A stretch of DNA of 64,000 bases from an uncultured Actinomycetota bacterium (GCA_963767995.1 CAVYGL010000018.1:1392-65391); one strand, 5' to 3'; numbered from the stretch's first letter, positions 1 to 11,502 are shown. Program-made: numbers and translations. Notes: generated by a model not told the origin, from the sequence alone.

Positions 1-33
1 CATCCCGTCGCCCTGCTGGTGAGGAAGGACTGA
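1..33 (+). CDS. treY: 3' end of malto-oligosyltrehalose synthase (partial)
   Basis: Reads [10 protein letters not shown]; PVALL is the usual TreY C-terminus and the stop sits 1 nt before treZ. Confidence 0.7.
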   Translation, partial: HPVALLVRKD

Positions 34-34
34 C

Positions 35-1765
35 ATGGATCGCGGACCGTACGACGTCTGGGCGCCGCGGCCGGAGCGCGTGCGCCTGGTCGTGGACGGC
101 GAGACCCTGGAGATGACCCGGGGCGCTGAGGGCTGGTGGACCCCCAGCGAGCCACTGACGGCGACGGACACTGTCGTCGACTACGGCTACCTGATCGACG
201 ACGACCCCGACCCGCGCCCCGACCCGAGGTCCCGGCGCCAGCCCGACGGCGTGCACGGACTCTCGCGGCGCGACCTCACGACGTACGAGTGGAACGACGA
301 CTCCTGGACCGGCCGCCAGCTCGCGGGCTCGGTGATCTACGAGCTGCACGTCGGGACCTTCACGCCAGAGGGCACGCTCGATGCCGCCGCGCGGAAGCTC
401 GACCACCTCCTCGACATCGGGGTCGACTTCGTCGAGGTGATGCCGGTCAACGCGTTCAACGGCACCCACAACTGGGGCTACGACGGCGTCGGCTGGTTCG
501 CCGTGCACGAGGAGTACGGCGGTCCGGACGCGTACCAGCGCTTCGTGGACGCCTGCCATGCCAAGGGACTCGGTGTCGTGCAGGACGTGGTGCACAACCA
601 CCTCGGCCCGTCGGGCAACTACCTCCCGCTCTTCGGGCCGTACCTCAAGCCGGGTCGCAACACCTGGGGCGACCTGATCAACCTCGACGGTGAGGACGCC
701 GCCGAGGTGCGCCGCTACATCCTCGACAACGTGCGGATGTGGTTCGAGGAGTTCCACGTCGACGCGCTCCGGCTCGACGCCGTGCACGCGCTCAGCGACA
801 CCTCCGAGGTGCACCTGCTCGAGGAGATGGCGGTCGAGACGGCCGCGTACTCGGCCCACGTACGCCGCCCGCTGACGCTCATCGCGGAGTCCGACCTCAA
901 CGACGCGCGGCTCGTCACGCCGCGTGAGGCCGGCGGCCACGGGCTCGACGCCCAGTGGAGCGACGACTTCCACCACGCCGTGCACGTCGCGCTCAGCGGG
1001 GAGACGGCCGGCTACTACGCCGACTTCGAGCCGCTCGAGGCGCTGGCCAAGGTCTGCGAGCGCGGTTTCTTCCACGACGGGACGTTCTCGTCGTTCCGCG
1101 ACCGCGACCACGGCGTGCCGGTCGACACCGCGACCATGCCGACCTGGCGGCTCGTGGTGGCGAACCAGAACCACGACCAGATCGGCAACCGCGCCCGCGG
1201 CGACCGGCTCGCCGAGCACCTCGACGACGACCAGCTCGCCTGCGCGGCCCTGCTGACGCTGGCCGGACCGTTCACCCCGATGCTCTTCATGGGGGAGGAG
1301 TGGGCGGCCTCGACGCCGTTCCAGTTCTTCACCTCCCACCCCGAGCCCGAGCTCGGCAAGGCGACCGCCGACGGTCGGATCGCGGAGTTCGAGAAGATGG
1401 GCTGGGACCCCGCCGAGGTGCCCGACCCGCAGGACGTCGAGACCTTCCACCGTTCGCGGCTGGACTGGGACGAGCTGACCGAGGGCCGCCACGCGGTCCT
1501 GCTGGACTGCTACCGCCGGCTCGGCCGCCTGCGCCGTGAGCTGCCGCAGCTGACGGACCCGTCCTTCGGGTCGGTGTCGTGCACCGTCGAGGGCCGGCTC
1601 TTCACGATGCGCCGCAGCGACCTGCTGGTCGTGGTCAACGTGGGACCGGAGCCTGCGACGCTCGACGTCGGTGAGCGCGAGGTCCTGTTCGAGACTCCGG
1701 CGGGCGTACGCGTCGACGGCGGCACGGTGACCGTGCCGCCGCACGCGGGTGCGCTGCTGCGCTGA
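35..1765 (+). CDS. treZ: Malto-oligosyltrehalose trehalohydrolase (GH13)
   Basis: [47 protein letters not shown] motifs. Confidence 0.95.
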   Translation: MDRGPYDVWAPRPERVRLVVDGETLEMTRGAEGWWTPSEPLTATDTVVDYGYLIDDDPDPRPDPRSRRQPDGVHGLSRRDLTTYEWNDDSWTGRQLAGSVIYELHVGTFTPEGTLDAAARKLDHLLDIGVDFVEVMPVNAFNGTHNWGYDGVGWFAVHEEYGGPDAYQRFVDACHAKGLGVVQDVVHNHLGPSGNYLPLFGPYLKPGRNTWGDLINLDGEDAAEVRRYILDNVRMWFEEFHVDALRLDAVHALSDTSEVHLLEEMAVETAAYSAHVRRPLTLIAESDLNDARLVTPREAGGHGLDAQWSDDFHHAVHVALSGETAGYYADFEPLEALAKVCERGFFHDGTFSSFRDRDHGVPVDTATMPTWRLVVANQNHDQIGNRARGDRLAEHLDDDQLACAALLTLAGPFTPMLFMGEEWAASTPFQFFTSHPEPELGKATADGRIAEFEKMGWDPAEVPDPQDVETFHRSRLDWDELTEGRHAVLLDCYRRLGRLRRELPQLTDPSFGSVSCTVEGRLFTMRRSDLLVVVNVGPEPATLDVGEREVLFETPAGVRVDGGTVTVPPHAGALLR

Positions 1766-1767
1766 GC

Positions 1768-2019
1768 TCAGACGCCTTCCTGCACCTGAAAGATCCGGTC
1801 GGCGACCAGGCCGTGGGCCTCGCGGTGCACGGTGTTGGCGGCCTCCGCGCTGGGTGCGTCGACCAGGCAGAAGATCTGTCCCTGGTCCTCGTCGACCCAG
1901 TAGCGCTGGTAGCTGACGTCGTGCGGGCCCTGGGTGGCGAGGTCGGCCTGGTGGGCCTTGGTGACGTCGTCGATCGTGACGCCGTCGCCGAGCGAGTGGA
2001 CGTCCATGAAAAGCGGCAT
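1768..2019 (-). CDS. DUF4242 / SCO4226-like small metal-binding protein
   Basis: MPLFMDVH...AHQADL...YWVDE...IFCLVDAPSAEAANTVHREAHGL; RBS GAGGA upstream of ATG 2019. Confidence 0.85.
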   Translation of the reverse strand: MPLFMDVHSLGDGVTIDDVTKAHQADLATQGPHDVSYQRYWVDEDQGQIFCLVDAPSAEAANTVHREAHGLVADRIFQVQEGV

Positions 2020-2085
2020 TGCGGTTTCCTCTCGTTGGGGTGTCGTGCTGATATCCCCAGTGGACCCCGCCGGTCTCCTCCCGCT

Positions 2086-2127
2086 CATCGGTAGTCGCTA
2101 CCCAGAAGAAGTTTCAGCGCTACCTAT
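2086..2127. promoter_or_regulatory. Candidate operator of the LuxR-ATPase regulator
   Basis: Palindrome GGTAG-tcg-CTACC (2090-2102) plus a second GCTACC half-site near 2119-2124, upstream of the DUF4242 gene. Confidence 0.4.
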
Positions 2128-4677
2128 CTCCAGCTCGCGGCGACTACGGACCCCGACCTTGCCCAGGATCGCGGCGACGTGGTGCTCGGCCGTGCGCCGC
2201 GAGATCACCAGCGTCTCGGCGATCGCGGCATCGCCCAGCCCGCGTGCCACCAGCTCGAACACCTCCTGCTCGCGCGGGGTGAGGCCGTGCGGGTGGCGGC
2301 TGGCCCGGGTGGCTCGCGGCACCGGGGCGCCCATCGAGTGCAGGTCGGCGCGGGCACGGGCGCCTGCGGCTGTCGTGCCAAGCCGGTCGAAGACCGCGAC
2401 CGACTCGGTGAGCAGGTCAACCTCGCCGCTGCGAGCCAGTGCCAGCCCCTGCTCGAAGGGGGACGACAGCGCCGCCCAGCAGGCCGCGGCCTCGGCCCAC
2501 CGTGCGGCCCGCTCCAATGCGTACGGTTCGGCGAGGGGCGCACCGGCGTCCACGTCGGCCGGCAACCAGGTCGCGACCTCTCCGCGGTGCCACGGGCAGT
2601 CGACGTCGACGACGAGGGGCCATGCCTCGACGGCGATGCGCGCGGCCGCCGACCGGTCGCCGGCGATCCAGGCAGCCTCACTGCGGGCCGAGGCGGTGGG
2701 TGCGACCCTTTGCGCCTCCTTCATCGCCTCCGACATCTCGACCGCCCGCGCGAAAGCCTCAGCCCCGTCGCCCGTGCCGGTGCGGACGTCGATGAGGGCG
2801 GCGACGAGGAGTGGCTGCAGGAACCCGACAGCGCTCGCGCCGGCGCGCATCACCTCGGCCGCGTCGGCACGCGCCTCCGCCTCCTCCCAGCGGTCGAGGT
2901 GCAGGCGCGACCGCAGAGCCAGCAGGTAGCTCGTCCAGGAGTCGAGGTCGCGGTCGGTGCAGTAGTCGATGCCCTCATCGAGCCAGCGTCGCGCGTCGTC
3001 GTGACGCCGTTGTACCACCGCCGTCGACCCGAGGTTGCAGTAGGCACGAGCGGCATGCTCCTGCAGGTTGGCGGCACAGGCGCCGGTCAGCGACTTCTCC
3101 AGCATCCGTCGTCCTGCAGCGAAGTCGCCGGCGGTGACCTCGATCGTGCCGAGGTTGTTGAGCGCGTGGACCCGGACCTCGTCCGGCCCCGTCCCGCCCA
3201 CCGACGGCAGCGCGTCCAGGACCGCGAGGGTGCGCCCGCCCCAGTCCCGCGTGCTGTCAAGGTCGGTGGCGAGCATCGAGAGCTGGGTGCGGTTGCTCAG
3301 CGCCATCGCCTCCTCGACCGTGCCGGTGGCACCGAGGAGCCGGACGGCCCGCTCGGCGTCCGTCCGGGCCTCGTCGTTGCGCCCCGCGAACCAGTGCAGC
3401 CGGGAGGCACACCGCCACGCGTCACCGACGCGCACGGAGTCCCCCAGGTCGCCCCAGAGCTCGCGGGCGCGGGCGACGGTCGCGAGGGCCTCCTCGATCC
3501 GGCTGGTGAGGTAGTACTCGTAGCCGAGGTCCCAGAGCAGCTGCGCCCGCTCGGCGGGTGGGCGGTCACTGGCGCAGCGCAGGGCGCGCTCGTACTGCCG
3601 CGACGCCTCCTGGTGGGCGCCCAGCTCGGCCGCCGACGCTGCTGCGGCCCGCGCGTGGGCGAGCACGGCAGGCGTGTCGCCGGCGGCCTCGGCGTGATGG
3701 GCCAGGCGGGAGGGATCGGCGCCCCGGACAGTGAGGGCGACCAGGAGGCGGCGGTGGAGGTGGACCGACCTGCCGGCCGGGATCTCGCCCGCGACCGCGA
3801 GGCGAGCGAGCTCGTGACGGAAGACCACGTCGTCGCCGCTCCTACGGACGAGCCCGCGGCCCAGTGGCTCGTCGAGCGCGGTGAGCCCGTCCGGGAGCAG
3901 CTGGTCGACGAGGTCGGCCTCCGCGCGCGACCCGGCGAGCGCCACCAGCTCGAGCGCTCGCTGGCTGGTCTCGCCGAGGCGGGACACCCGGGCCAGCACC
4001 GCGTCGCGGACGGTCTGCGGCAGGTTGCCGACCGAGGCGAGCACCTCGGTGACGAAGAACGGGTTGCCGGCCGTGACGGCGTACAGCTCGGCGGCCTCGT
4101 CGGCCGACACGCCGTGCTTGGCGGCGAGGGTCGCCACCCCGTCGGCGGTCAGGGGCGACAGGTCGATCCGGCGGGTACCGGTCGCGGACGCCGTGTCGCC
4201 GAGCAGCACGCGGAGCCCGTCGCCGAGGGTGGTGTCCTCCGGTCGGTAGCTCACCATCACCAGCGCGCGGCAGGAGTGGATCCGGCGGGCGAGATGGCGC
4301 AGCAGGTCGAGCGTCGCCTCATCGGCCCAGTGGGCGTCCTCGAAGACCACGAGGTACGGCGTGGCGCCCGGTGGGTCACGGAGCGCGGCCAGCACGTGCG
4401 CGAAGACCTGCGAGCGCGAGGTGCCCTCCAGCCACACCCCGTCCGGCAGGTCCGGCAGCATGTCGACGAGAGGTCCCAGAGGCGGCGGAGTCGCGGAACC
4501 GTCGCACCAACCCACCGCAACATGCGCATCGGACCGGCCGATCACGTTCTCGAGGAACGTCGTCTTGCCCACCCCGGCCTCCCCGCCGACGTACACGAGC
4601 CGGCCGTGCCCGGAAGCCGCATCGGCGAGATATTCCGTCGCCGCCTGCAGCTGCTCGTCGCGCTCGAGGAGCGTCAT
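2098..4677 (-). CDS. Large ATP-binding LuxR-family (LAL-type) transcriptional regulator
   Basis: Walker A GEAGVGKT, EDAHWAD, C-terminal LuxR HTH LTPREQEV...ISRRTAEHHVAAILGK. Confidence 0.92.
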   Translation of the reverse strand: MTLLERDEQLQAATEYLADAASGHGRLVYVGGEAGVGKTTFLENVIGRSDAHVAVGWCDGSATPPPLGPLVDMLPDLPDGVWLEGTSRSQVFAHVLAALRDPPGATPYLVVFEDAHWADEATLDLLRHLARRIHSCRALVMVSYRPEDTTLGDGLRVLLGDTASATGTRRIDLSPLTADGVATLAAKHGVSADEAAELYAVTAGNPFFVTEVLASVGNLPQTVRDAVLARVSRLGETSQRALELVALAGSRAEADLVDQLLPDGLTALDEPLGRGLVRRSGDDVVFRHELARLAVAGEIPAGRSVHLHRRLLVALTVRGADPSRLAHHAEAAGDTPAVLAHARAAAASAAELGAHQEASRQYERALRCASDRPPAERAQLLWDLGYEYYLTSRIEEALATVARARELWGDLGDSVRVGDAWRCASRLHWFAGRNDEARTDAERAVRLLGATGTVEEAMALSNRTQLSMLATDLDSTRDWGGRTLAVLDALPSVGGTGPDEVRVHALNNLGTIEVTAGDFAAGRRMLEKSLTGACAANLQEHAARAYCNLGSTAVVQRRHDDARRWLDEGIDYCTDRDLDSWTSYLLALRSRLHLDRWEEAEARADAAEVMRAGASAVGFLQPLLVAALIDVRTGTGDGAEAFARAVEMSEAMKEAQRVAPTASARSEAAWIAGDRSAAARIAVEAWPLVVDVDCPWHRGEVATWLPADVDAGAPLAEPYALERAARWAEAAACWAALSSPFEQGLALARSGEVDLLTESVAVFDRLGTTAAGARARADLHSMGAPVPRATRASRHPHGLTPREQEVFELVARGLGDAAIAETLVISRRTAEHHVAAILGKVGVRSRRELEIGSAETSSG

Positions 4678-4777
4678 GGCGTCATGCTAGGTCCGTAACC
4701 TCACAACTTTCCGCTGAGTCGCGGAGTCTTCCTCGGCACAAGGCCCTCGGGGCCACCACGACCGAACGGGGACTCCC

Positions 4778-5560
4778 ATGAACCGCATCACCGCTCTGGC
4801 CGCCACCGCGGCCGTCGCCGCCTCCTCGCTGGCGCTCACCGCGCCGGTCGCGCAGGCCGCACCCGCCAAGGCTCGCGCCTACTCCGTGAGCGCGAAGGCC
4901 AACATCGACGTCGCCGTTGCCAAGGAGGACACCGTCAAGGTGCGCGGCCGCGTCAGCCCCAAGGCCCGCGGCGAGAAGGTGATCCTGCAGCAGCGCGTGG
5001 GGAACAAGAAGCGCTGGGTCGTGACCGGCAAGGCCAGGATCAAGGCCAACGGCACCTACAAGCTCACCGACAAGCCGTCGTCGCCCGGCAGTCGCGAGTA
5101 CCGCGTGCTCAAGCCCGGCTCGAAGGGACTGGCCAAGGGCTTCAGCAAGCCCGTGGCCGTCGAGGTCTACCGCTGGGAGAAGCTCGGCTACCGCACCTTC
5201 GCCGGCGCCGGCTTCTCGGGCACCGGCGTGACCATCGGCACCGAGTACTACAGCGCCAGCCTCGCGACCACCACCCCGGGCACCGCGGCCACCGCGGAGT
5301 TCACCCTCGGTCGCAAGTGCACGGCGATGCGCGCGACCTACGCCCTCACCGACTCCTCGCTCACCGGCTCCAGCGGCGCAGTGGTGGTGTCGGCGGACGG
5401 AAAGACCCTCGCCACGCACTCGCTGGCCGTGGGCACGCTCGTCGCCGACGAGGAGCTCGACCTGACCGGCGTCTTCCGGCTCAAGCTCGACGCCAGCACC
5501 ACCGCGACCCCGGCTGCGACCGCGGCCGTCGCCACGCCCGAGGTGCTCTGCACGCGCTGA
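4778..5560 (+). CDS. Secreted protein, Ig-like plus possible NPCBM-like carbohydrate-binding domain
   Basis: Signal peptide ending AQA; beta-rich; C-terminal FTLGRKC...VSADGK...VLC pattern. Confidence 0.7.
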   Translation: MNRITALAATAAVAASSLALTAPVAQAAPAKARAYSVSAKANIDVAVAKEDTVKVRGRVSPKARGEKVILQQRVGNKKRWVVTGKARIKANGTYKLTDKPSSPGSREYRVLKPGSKGLAKGFSKPVAVEVYRWEKLGYRTFAGAGFSGTGVTIGTEYYSASLATTTPGTAATAEFTLGRKCTAMRATYALTDSSLTGSSGAVVVSADGKTLATHSLAVGTLVADEELDLTGVFRLKLDASTTATPAATAAVATPEVLCTR

Positions 5561-5574
5561 CGCGCACCCGTGCT

Positions 5575-5630
5575 GCAGCGGCGGGCACGACCGGGGTCAC
5601 AGGCCCGGGCGTGCTCGCCGCTGCTGTTTT
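5575..5630 (+). terminator. Intrinsic terminator hairpin
   Basis: GCAGCGGCGGGCACG...CGTGCTCGCCGCTGC stem followed by TGTTTT. Confidence 0.7.
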
Positions 5631-5667
5631 CGACACCCGTCATGGCGGCGCCGTAGTGTGGGCCGAT

Positions 5668-6783
5668 GTGGCAGGCATCGACTACGACGCAGAGATCAAG
5701 CAGCTCCAGGCGACCATGAAGACGATCGGGTCGGTGCTCAACATCGACCGGATGCGCGGCGAGATCGCCGACCTGAGCGAGCAGGTGGCCGCACCCGACC
5801 TCTGGGACGACGTCGAGAGCGCGACCCGCATCACCGGACGCCTCTCCGCGCTGCAGGGCGAGCTCGACCGGTTCACCGGCCTCGAGTCCCGCATCGAGGA
5901 CCTCGGCCTGATGGTCGAGATGGCCCAGGACGAGGGCGACGACGACTCGCTCGCCGACTCCGAGCGCGAGCTCAACCGGATCAAGAAGTCCGTCGAGTCC
6001 CTCGAGATCCGCACGCTGCTCGCCGGTGAGTACGACGAGCGCGAGGCGATCGTGACGATTCGCTCGGGCGCCGGTGGCGTCGACGCCGCCGACTTCGCCG
6101 AGATGCTCATGCGGATGTACACGCGCTGGGCCGAGCAGCACAAGTACGGCGTCGAGGTCTACGAGGTGTCGTACGCCGAGGAGGCGGGCATCAAGTCCGC
6201 CGAGTTCGCGATCCACGCGCCGTACGCCTACGGCACGCTCTCGGTGGAGGCCGGCACCCACCGTCTGGTGCGGATCAGCCCCTTCGACAACCAGGGACGT
6301 CGCCAGACCTCGTTCGCCGCCGTCGAGGTGGTGCCCATGCTCGAGCAGACCGACGAGATCGAGGTCGACGAGAACGAGATCCGCACCGACGTGTTCCGCT
6401 CCGGCGGCCCCGGCGGGCAGTCGGTCAACACCACCGACTCGGCGGTCCGCCTGACCCACATCCCGACCGGCATCGTCGTGTCCTGCCAGAACGAGAAGTC
6501 GCAGCTGCAGAACAAGGCGTCCGCGATGGTCGTGCTCAAGGCCAAGCTCCTCGCCCGCAAGAAGGCCGAGGAGGCCGCGCTCAAGAAGGACCTCAAGGGC
6601 GACGTCCAGGCCAGCTGGGGCGACCAGATGCGCAACTACGTGCTCAACCCCTACCAGGTCGTCAAGGACCTTCGTACGGGTCACGAGTCCGGCAACCCGA
6701 GCGCCGTGTTCGACGGCGACCTCGACGACTTCATGGAGGCCGGCATCCGCTGGCGACGGGGCGCCGACAAGGTCGACGCCTGA
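5668..6783 (+). CDS. prfB: Peptide chain release factor 2
   Basis: SPF tripeptide, GGPGGQ motif; GTG 5668 lies 8 nt after TAGTGT; single frame. Confidence 0.97.
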   Translation: MAGIDYDAEIKQLQATMKTIGSVLNIDRMRGEIADLSEQVAAPDLWDDVESATRITGRLSALQGELDRFTGLESRIEDLGLMVEMAQDEGDDDSLADSERELNRIKKSVESLEIRTLLAGEYDEREAIVTIRSGAGGVDAADFAEMLMRMYTRWAEQHKYGVEVYEVSYAEEAGIKSAEFAIHAPYAYGTLSVEAGTHRLVRISPFDNQGRRQTSFAAVEVVPMLEQTDEIEVDENEIRTDVFRSGGPGGQSVNTTDSAVRLTHIPTGIVVSCQNEKSQLQNKASAMVVLKAKLLARKKAEEAALKKDLKGDVQASWGDQMRNYVLNPYQVVKDLRTGHESGNPSAVFDGDLDDFMEAGIRWRRGADKVDA

Positions 6784-6848
6784 TCCAGGGCCAGCCGGAC
6801 CGGGCGCGCGTTTCGAGAACCCGCGCACCCCTCACGTAGCCTCGATGC

Positions 6849-7538
6849 GTGATTCGCTTCGAGAAGGTGACCAAGGCCTATCCCGGCCACCCGCACCCCG
6901 CCCTCGACAACATCTCCGTCGACGTCGAGAAGGGGGAGTTCGTCTTCCTCGTCGGGTCCTCGGGCTCCGGCAAGTCCACCTTCCTGCGCCTCGTGCTGCG
7001 TGAGTACCGCCCCAGCTCGGGCCGGGTCTACGTCGCTGGCAAGGAGATCAACCGGCTCGCCAGCTGGAAGGTGCCGCGGCTGCGCCGCGACATCGGCACG
7101 GTCTTCCAGGACTTCCGCCTGCTGCCCAACAAGACCGTCACGGAGAACGTCGCCTTCGCGCTCCAGGTCATCGGCAAGTCGCGCAAGGAGATCAAGGACC
7201 TCGTCCCCGAGACGCTGGAGATGGTCGGCCTCAGCGGCAAGGGCGACCGGATGCCCGACGAGCTGTCCGGTGGCGAGCAGCAGCGCGTCGCCGTGGCCCG
7301 GGCGTTCGTGAACCGGCCGATGATCCTCATCGCCGACGAGCCCACCGGAAACCTCGACCCGACGACCTCGGTCGGCATCATGAAGCTCCTCGACCGGATC
7401 AACCGCACCGGCACCACGGTCGTGATGGCGACGCACGACTCGGGCATCGTCGACCAGATGCGCAAGCGCGTCATCGAGCTCGAGAACGGCCACGTCGTAC
7501 GCGACCAGGCGCAGGGCGTCTACGGCCACCAGGTCTGA
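6849..7538 (+). CDS. ftsE: Cell division ATP-binding protein FtsE
   Basis: [34 protein letters not shown]; synteny prfB-ftsE-ftsX. Confidence 0.96.
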   Translation: MIRFEKVTKAYPGHPHPALDNISVDVEKGEFVFLVGSSGSGKSTFLRLVLREYRPSSGRVYVAGKEINRLASWKVPRLRRDIGTVFQDFRLLPNKTVTENVAFALQVIGKSRKEIKDLVPETLEMVGLSGKGDRMPDELSGGEQQRVAVARAFVNRPMILIADEPTGNLDPTTSVGIMKLLDRINRTGTTVVMATHDSGIVDQMRKRVIELENGHVVRDQAQGVYGHQV

Positions 7539-7583
7539 GCCCCGCCTCTTCCCACGAACCGACAGATCGAGAGCCCCACCTCC

Positions 7584-8495
7584 ATGCAGCTTCGTTACGT
7601 CTACTCCGAGCTCGGCCAGGGCCTGCGACGCAACCTGTCCATGCACCTGGCCGTGGTGCTGACCCTGTTCGTCTCGCTGACCCTCGTCGGCATGGGCGTG
7701 CTCTTCCAGCAGCAGGCCACCAAGGCGGCCGAGCAGTGGGGCAACCAGCTCCAGATCACGGTGTTCCTGTGCCGCAACGGCGACAGCAACCCGGTCTGCC
7801 CCAGCTCGGTGACCGACGCGCAGAAGACCGAGATCGAGCAGGTCGTCCAGGACAACCCCGAGGTCGCCGACTTCCACTTCGAGTCGAGCGAGACTGCCCT
7901 CGACAAGGCCAAGGAGCTGTACGGCGAGGAGCTGTTCTCCGGCGACAACCCGGCCATCACGGCCGAGGACATGCCGCAGACGATCTGGATCACCCTGGAG
8001 GACCCCGAGCAGTTCGAGGGCATCACCAGCGCGGTGCAGGGACTCGACGGCGTCTCCCGAGTGCAGGACATGCGCAAGGTCATCGCGCCGATCCTGGGGG
8101 CGCTCAGCATGCTGCAGTGGGTGGCGCTGGTGACCGCCGCGGTGCTGGTGTTCGCCGCGCTGCTGCTGGTGGCCAACACGATCCGGCTCGCGGCCTTCGC
8201 GCGGCGCAAGGAGATCGGCATCATGCGGCTGGTCGGTGCGTCCACGCTCTACATCGCGCTGCCCTTCCTCCTGGAGGCGCTGGTCACCGCGATCATCGGC
8301 GTGCTGCTGGCCGGCGGAGCGCTCGCGGCCGTGCAGCAGTTCGGCATCGAGGGCCGTGGCGACGACACCTTGAAGTTCATCCCCTGGATCGGCTGGGACG
8401 AGTTCTGGCTCGCTGCCGCAGCGGTCGGGATCCTCGGCCCGCTGCTCACGCTCCTTCCGACACTCGTGCTGACGCGGAAATACCTCAAAGTCTGA
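7584..8495 (+). CDS. ftsX: Cell division permease FtsX
   Basis: 4 TM segments, NTIRLAAFARRKEIGIMRLVGA motif. Confidence 0.96.
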   Translation: MQLRYVYSELGQGLRRNLSMHLAVVLTLFVSLTLVGMGVLFQQQATKAAEQWGNQLQITVFLCRNGDSNPVCPSSVTDAQKTEIEQVVQDNPEVADFHFESSETALDKAKELYGEELFSGDNPAITAEDMPQTIWITLEDPEQFEGITSAVQGLDGVSRVQDMRKVIAPILGALSMLQWVALVTAAVLVFAALLLVANTIRLAAFARRKEIGIMRLVGASTLYIALPFLLEALVTAIIGVLLAGGALAAVQQFGIEGRGDDTLKFIPWIGWDEFWLAAAAVGILGPLLTLLPTLVLTRKYLKV

Positions 8496-8546
8496 TCCGC
8501 CGGGGTTACCGTCTGCTCGTTCACTTCCCCGAACGAAGGCATCACG

Positions 8547-9822
8547 GTGCGTCCCTTCCCCCGTACCGCTCAACGCCGCATGGCCGCAGCAGTCGTCGCA
8601 GCCATGGCACTGGGCATGTCCGCAGCGCACGCCGACGACCTCAAGGACCGGCAGCGCGAGGTCGAGCGCCAGGTCAAGGGCGCCCACCAGGACCTCGACG
8701 AGTCGAGTGCCCAGCTCCGCAAGGCGGCCGCTCGCCTCGCCGCCGCCCACGAGCAGCTGTCGGGCGCCAAGACCCGGCTCGCGACGGCGCGCGGCAAGGT
8801 CGAGGTGGCGCAGGAGCGCGACGCCGAGATGCAGGCCGAGCTGGCGCAGGCCGAGCTCGACCTCGCCGAGGCGGAGGCCGAGCTCGTGCGCGGCCAGGCC
8901 GACCGCGCGGACCAGCGCGAGCGGGTCGCCAACACCGTTGCCGACATGTACTCCGAGGGCGACCCCGACCTCATCGCGTTCTCCGCGATGCTCGACGCGG
9001 TGACGACCGAGGAGCTCACCCGCCGCGACGGCGTACGCGACGTGATCGTGGGCCAGGAGGCACGGGCGTACGACCAGCTCAAGGCCGCCGAGGTGCTCCT
9101 CGAGGTGCAGGAGGACCAGGTCTCCGAGGCGCGCGACGAGGTGGCCGACCAGCGCGAGGCCGCCGCCGACCACCTCGAGCTGATGCAGGCCCTCGAGACC
9201 GAGCAGCAGGACGCCAAGGACTCCGTCGTCGCGCTCGTCGTCGAGCGCCGCGACGCCCGGGTCGACGCCCGCGAGGCCCGCGCGCAGGACCTGGTCAAGC
9301 TGCGCAAGCACCTGAAGCAGCAGGACCGCATCGAGGAGATGCTCAAGAGGCGGGCCGCGCGCGCCCTCGCGCGGGCCCGCGCCCGTGCGCCGCGCACAGG
9401 CCAGGTCGGCCCCCGGCGGTCCGTCGACCGGCCTGCTGGCCATGCCCGTCGACGGCTACGTCACGTCGCCCTTCGGCTACCGCTCGCACCCGATCTACCA
9501 CTACTGGGGACTGCACGACGGCGTCGACTTCGGCGGCGGGTGCGGCACCCCGCTGCGCGCCGCTGCGCCGGGTCGGGTCGTGTCGTCGTACTGGAGCGGC
9601 GTCTACGGCAACCGGCTGATCGTCGACCACGGCGTCCTCGGCGGCAAGGGCGTCGCCACGATCTACAACCACGCCAGCGGCTACACCGTCGGCGTCGGCG
9701 ACCAGGTCGCCGAGGGACAGGTGCTCGGCTACGAGGGCAACACCGGCTGGTCCACGGGCTGCCACGTCCACTTCACGGTGATGGCCAACGGCCAGGCCGT
9801 CGACCCGATGAACTGGTTCTGA
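8547..9822 (+). CDS. Coiled-coil M23 peptidase (FtsEX-associated cell-wall hydrolase); frameshift near 9390
   Basis: Signal peptide and long coiled coil in one frame; [22 protein letters not shown]23 motifs in the next frame ending at 9822. Confidence 0.88.
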
Positions 9823-9866
9823 CGGGGGACCGCATCTCGCTGGACACGCTCTGGGAGAATGGACCC

Positions 9867-10346
9867 ATGGCGAAGGAGCAGGGCCAGAAGATGGTCGCGC
9901 AGAACAAGAAGGCGCGCCACGACTACCACATCGAGGACACGTGGGAGGCCGGGCTCGTCCTGGTGGGGACCGAGGTCAAGTCCCTGCGGATGGGCCGTGC
10001 GTCGCTGGTCGACGGCTTCGCCGAGATCGACAACGGCGAGGCGTGGCTGCTCGGCGTGCACATCCCGGAGTACAGCCAGGGCACCTGGACCAACCACGCC
10101 GCCCGCCGGCGCCGCAAGATGCTGCTCAACCGCTCCGAGATCGACAAGATCGAGCGCAAGATCACCGACAAGGGCTACACGATCATCCCGCTGGCGCTCT
10201 ACTTCAAGGACGGCCGCGCGAAGGTCGAGATCGCCCTCGCCAAGGGCAAGAAGTCCTACGACAAGCGCCACTCCCTGGCCGAGCGCGACGCCAACCGCGA
10301 GAAGGTCGAGGCGGTGCAGCGCCGGCTCAAGGGCCACCGGGATTGA
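9867..10346 (+). CDS. smpB: SsrA-binding protein
   Basis: [31 protein letters not shown]. Confidence 0.97.
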   Translation: MAKEQGQKMVAQNKKARHDYHIEDTWEAGLVLVGTEVKSLRMGRASLVDGFAEIDNGEAWLLGVHIPEYSQGTWTNHAARRRRKMLLNRSEIDKIERKITDKGYTIIPLALYFKDGRAKVEIALAKGKKSYDKRHSLAERDANREKVEAVQRRLKGHRD

Positions 10347-10349
10347 CCT

Positions 10350-11223
10350 GTGACTGAAGACCGCGTCCGGGCCTTCACCGACGCCCTCGGCCTCCCCGGC
10401 CTGCAGGACCTGCACACCCACTTCCTCCCGCCGCGGGTGATGGCCAAGGTGCGCGCGCAGTTCGACTCCGCCGGCCCGCTGATCGGCCGCGCGTGGCCGC
10501 TGCGCTACCGCGACGAGGACGACGTGCTGGTCGAGACGCTGCGCTCGTTCGGCGTACGCCGCTTCACCGCCCTGCCCTACGCGCACCGGCCCGACATGGC
10601 CGAGTTCCTCAACGACTGGGCGGCGGGCTTCGCGGCGCGGGTGCCGGAGGCGGCGGTGTGCGGCACGTTCTTCCCCGAGCCGGGCGTGGAGTCGTACGTC
10701 GCCGAGCGATCCGCGTCGGTCGAGGTCTGGAAGATCCACGTGCAGGTCGGCGCCTTCACCGTCACCGACCCGCTGCTCGACGCGGCCTGGGGCGTCGTCG
10801 CCGACACCGGGACGCCGGTGGTGCTCCACGCGGGCAGCGGTCCGGTCCCCACCGAGCACACCGGTCCCGGCCCGGTGGCCGAGCTGCTCGCGCGCCATCC
10901 GCGGCTGCGGCTGGTGATCGCCCACGCCGGCGCCCCGGAGTACGCCGCCTTCCTCCGGCTCGCCGAGACCCACGAGCGGGTGGCGCTCGACACGACGATG
11001 GCGTTCACGCCGTTCTTCGACGAGATGGGCGGCACCTACCCGCCCGAGCTGCTGCCGCGGCTGCGCGACCTCGGGCTCGCCGGCAAGGTGCACCTCGGCA
11101 GCGACTTCCCGAACATCCCCTACCCGTACGCCGACCAGCTCGACGCGCTCGCGCGCGCTGGACCTGGGGGACGAGTGGCTGCGCGCGGTGTGCTGGGGCA
11201 ACACGGCCGCCCTGCTCGGCTGA
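10350..11223 (+). CDS. Amidohydrolase family protein; frameshift near 11155
   Basis: DLHTHF, KIHVQVG, VLHAGSGP, IAHAG, GSDFPNIPY; natural C-terminus LDLGDEWLRAVCWGNTAALLG* is in the shifted frame. Confidence 0.85.
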
Positions 11224-11245
11224 CCGGTCTCTCTCGCGAGCGGAG

Positions 11246-11463
11246 GAGCGGTGTGTGACGAGGATTTCGGGGTGCTGGAATCCCCCTGACCCACCGCCCG
11301 GGCCGTGTCGTACGCCGACGCGCCCATGGGCGGTGTGTGACGAGGATTTCGGGGTGCTGGAATCCCCCTGACCCACCGCCCGGGCCGTGTCGTACGCCGA
11401 CGCGCCCATGGGCGGTGTGTGACGAGGATTTCGGGGTGCTGGAATCCCCCTCACACACCGCTC
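11246..11463. repeat. Array of three 54-bp palindromes with identical 28-bp linkers (82-bp period), REP/BIME- or MITE-like
   Basis: CGGTGTGTGACGAGGATTTCGGGGTGCTGGAATCCCCCT starts at 11249, 11331 and 11413; outer ends GAGCGGTGTGTGA...TCACACACCGCTC. Confidence 0.92.
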
Positions 11464-11502
11464 GGAGGCCGGAGATTCAGGAAATGAAACGACCGGGGAG
11501 TC

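Noticed and set aside
5668-5760. Programmed +1 frameshift in prfB
   Set aside because: There is no CTT-TGA site and the gene is in one frame, as is usual in Actinobacteria.
8547-10346. Apparent 599-aa coiled-coil-SmpB fusion in the ORF track
   Set aside because: It results from the frameshift near 9390. The M23 domain is in another frame, and smpB has its own start at 9867 after GAGAAT.
11246-11463. CRISPR array
   Set aside because: The linkers are identical rather than unique spacers, the repeats are 54 bp, and there are no cas genes.
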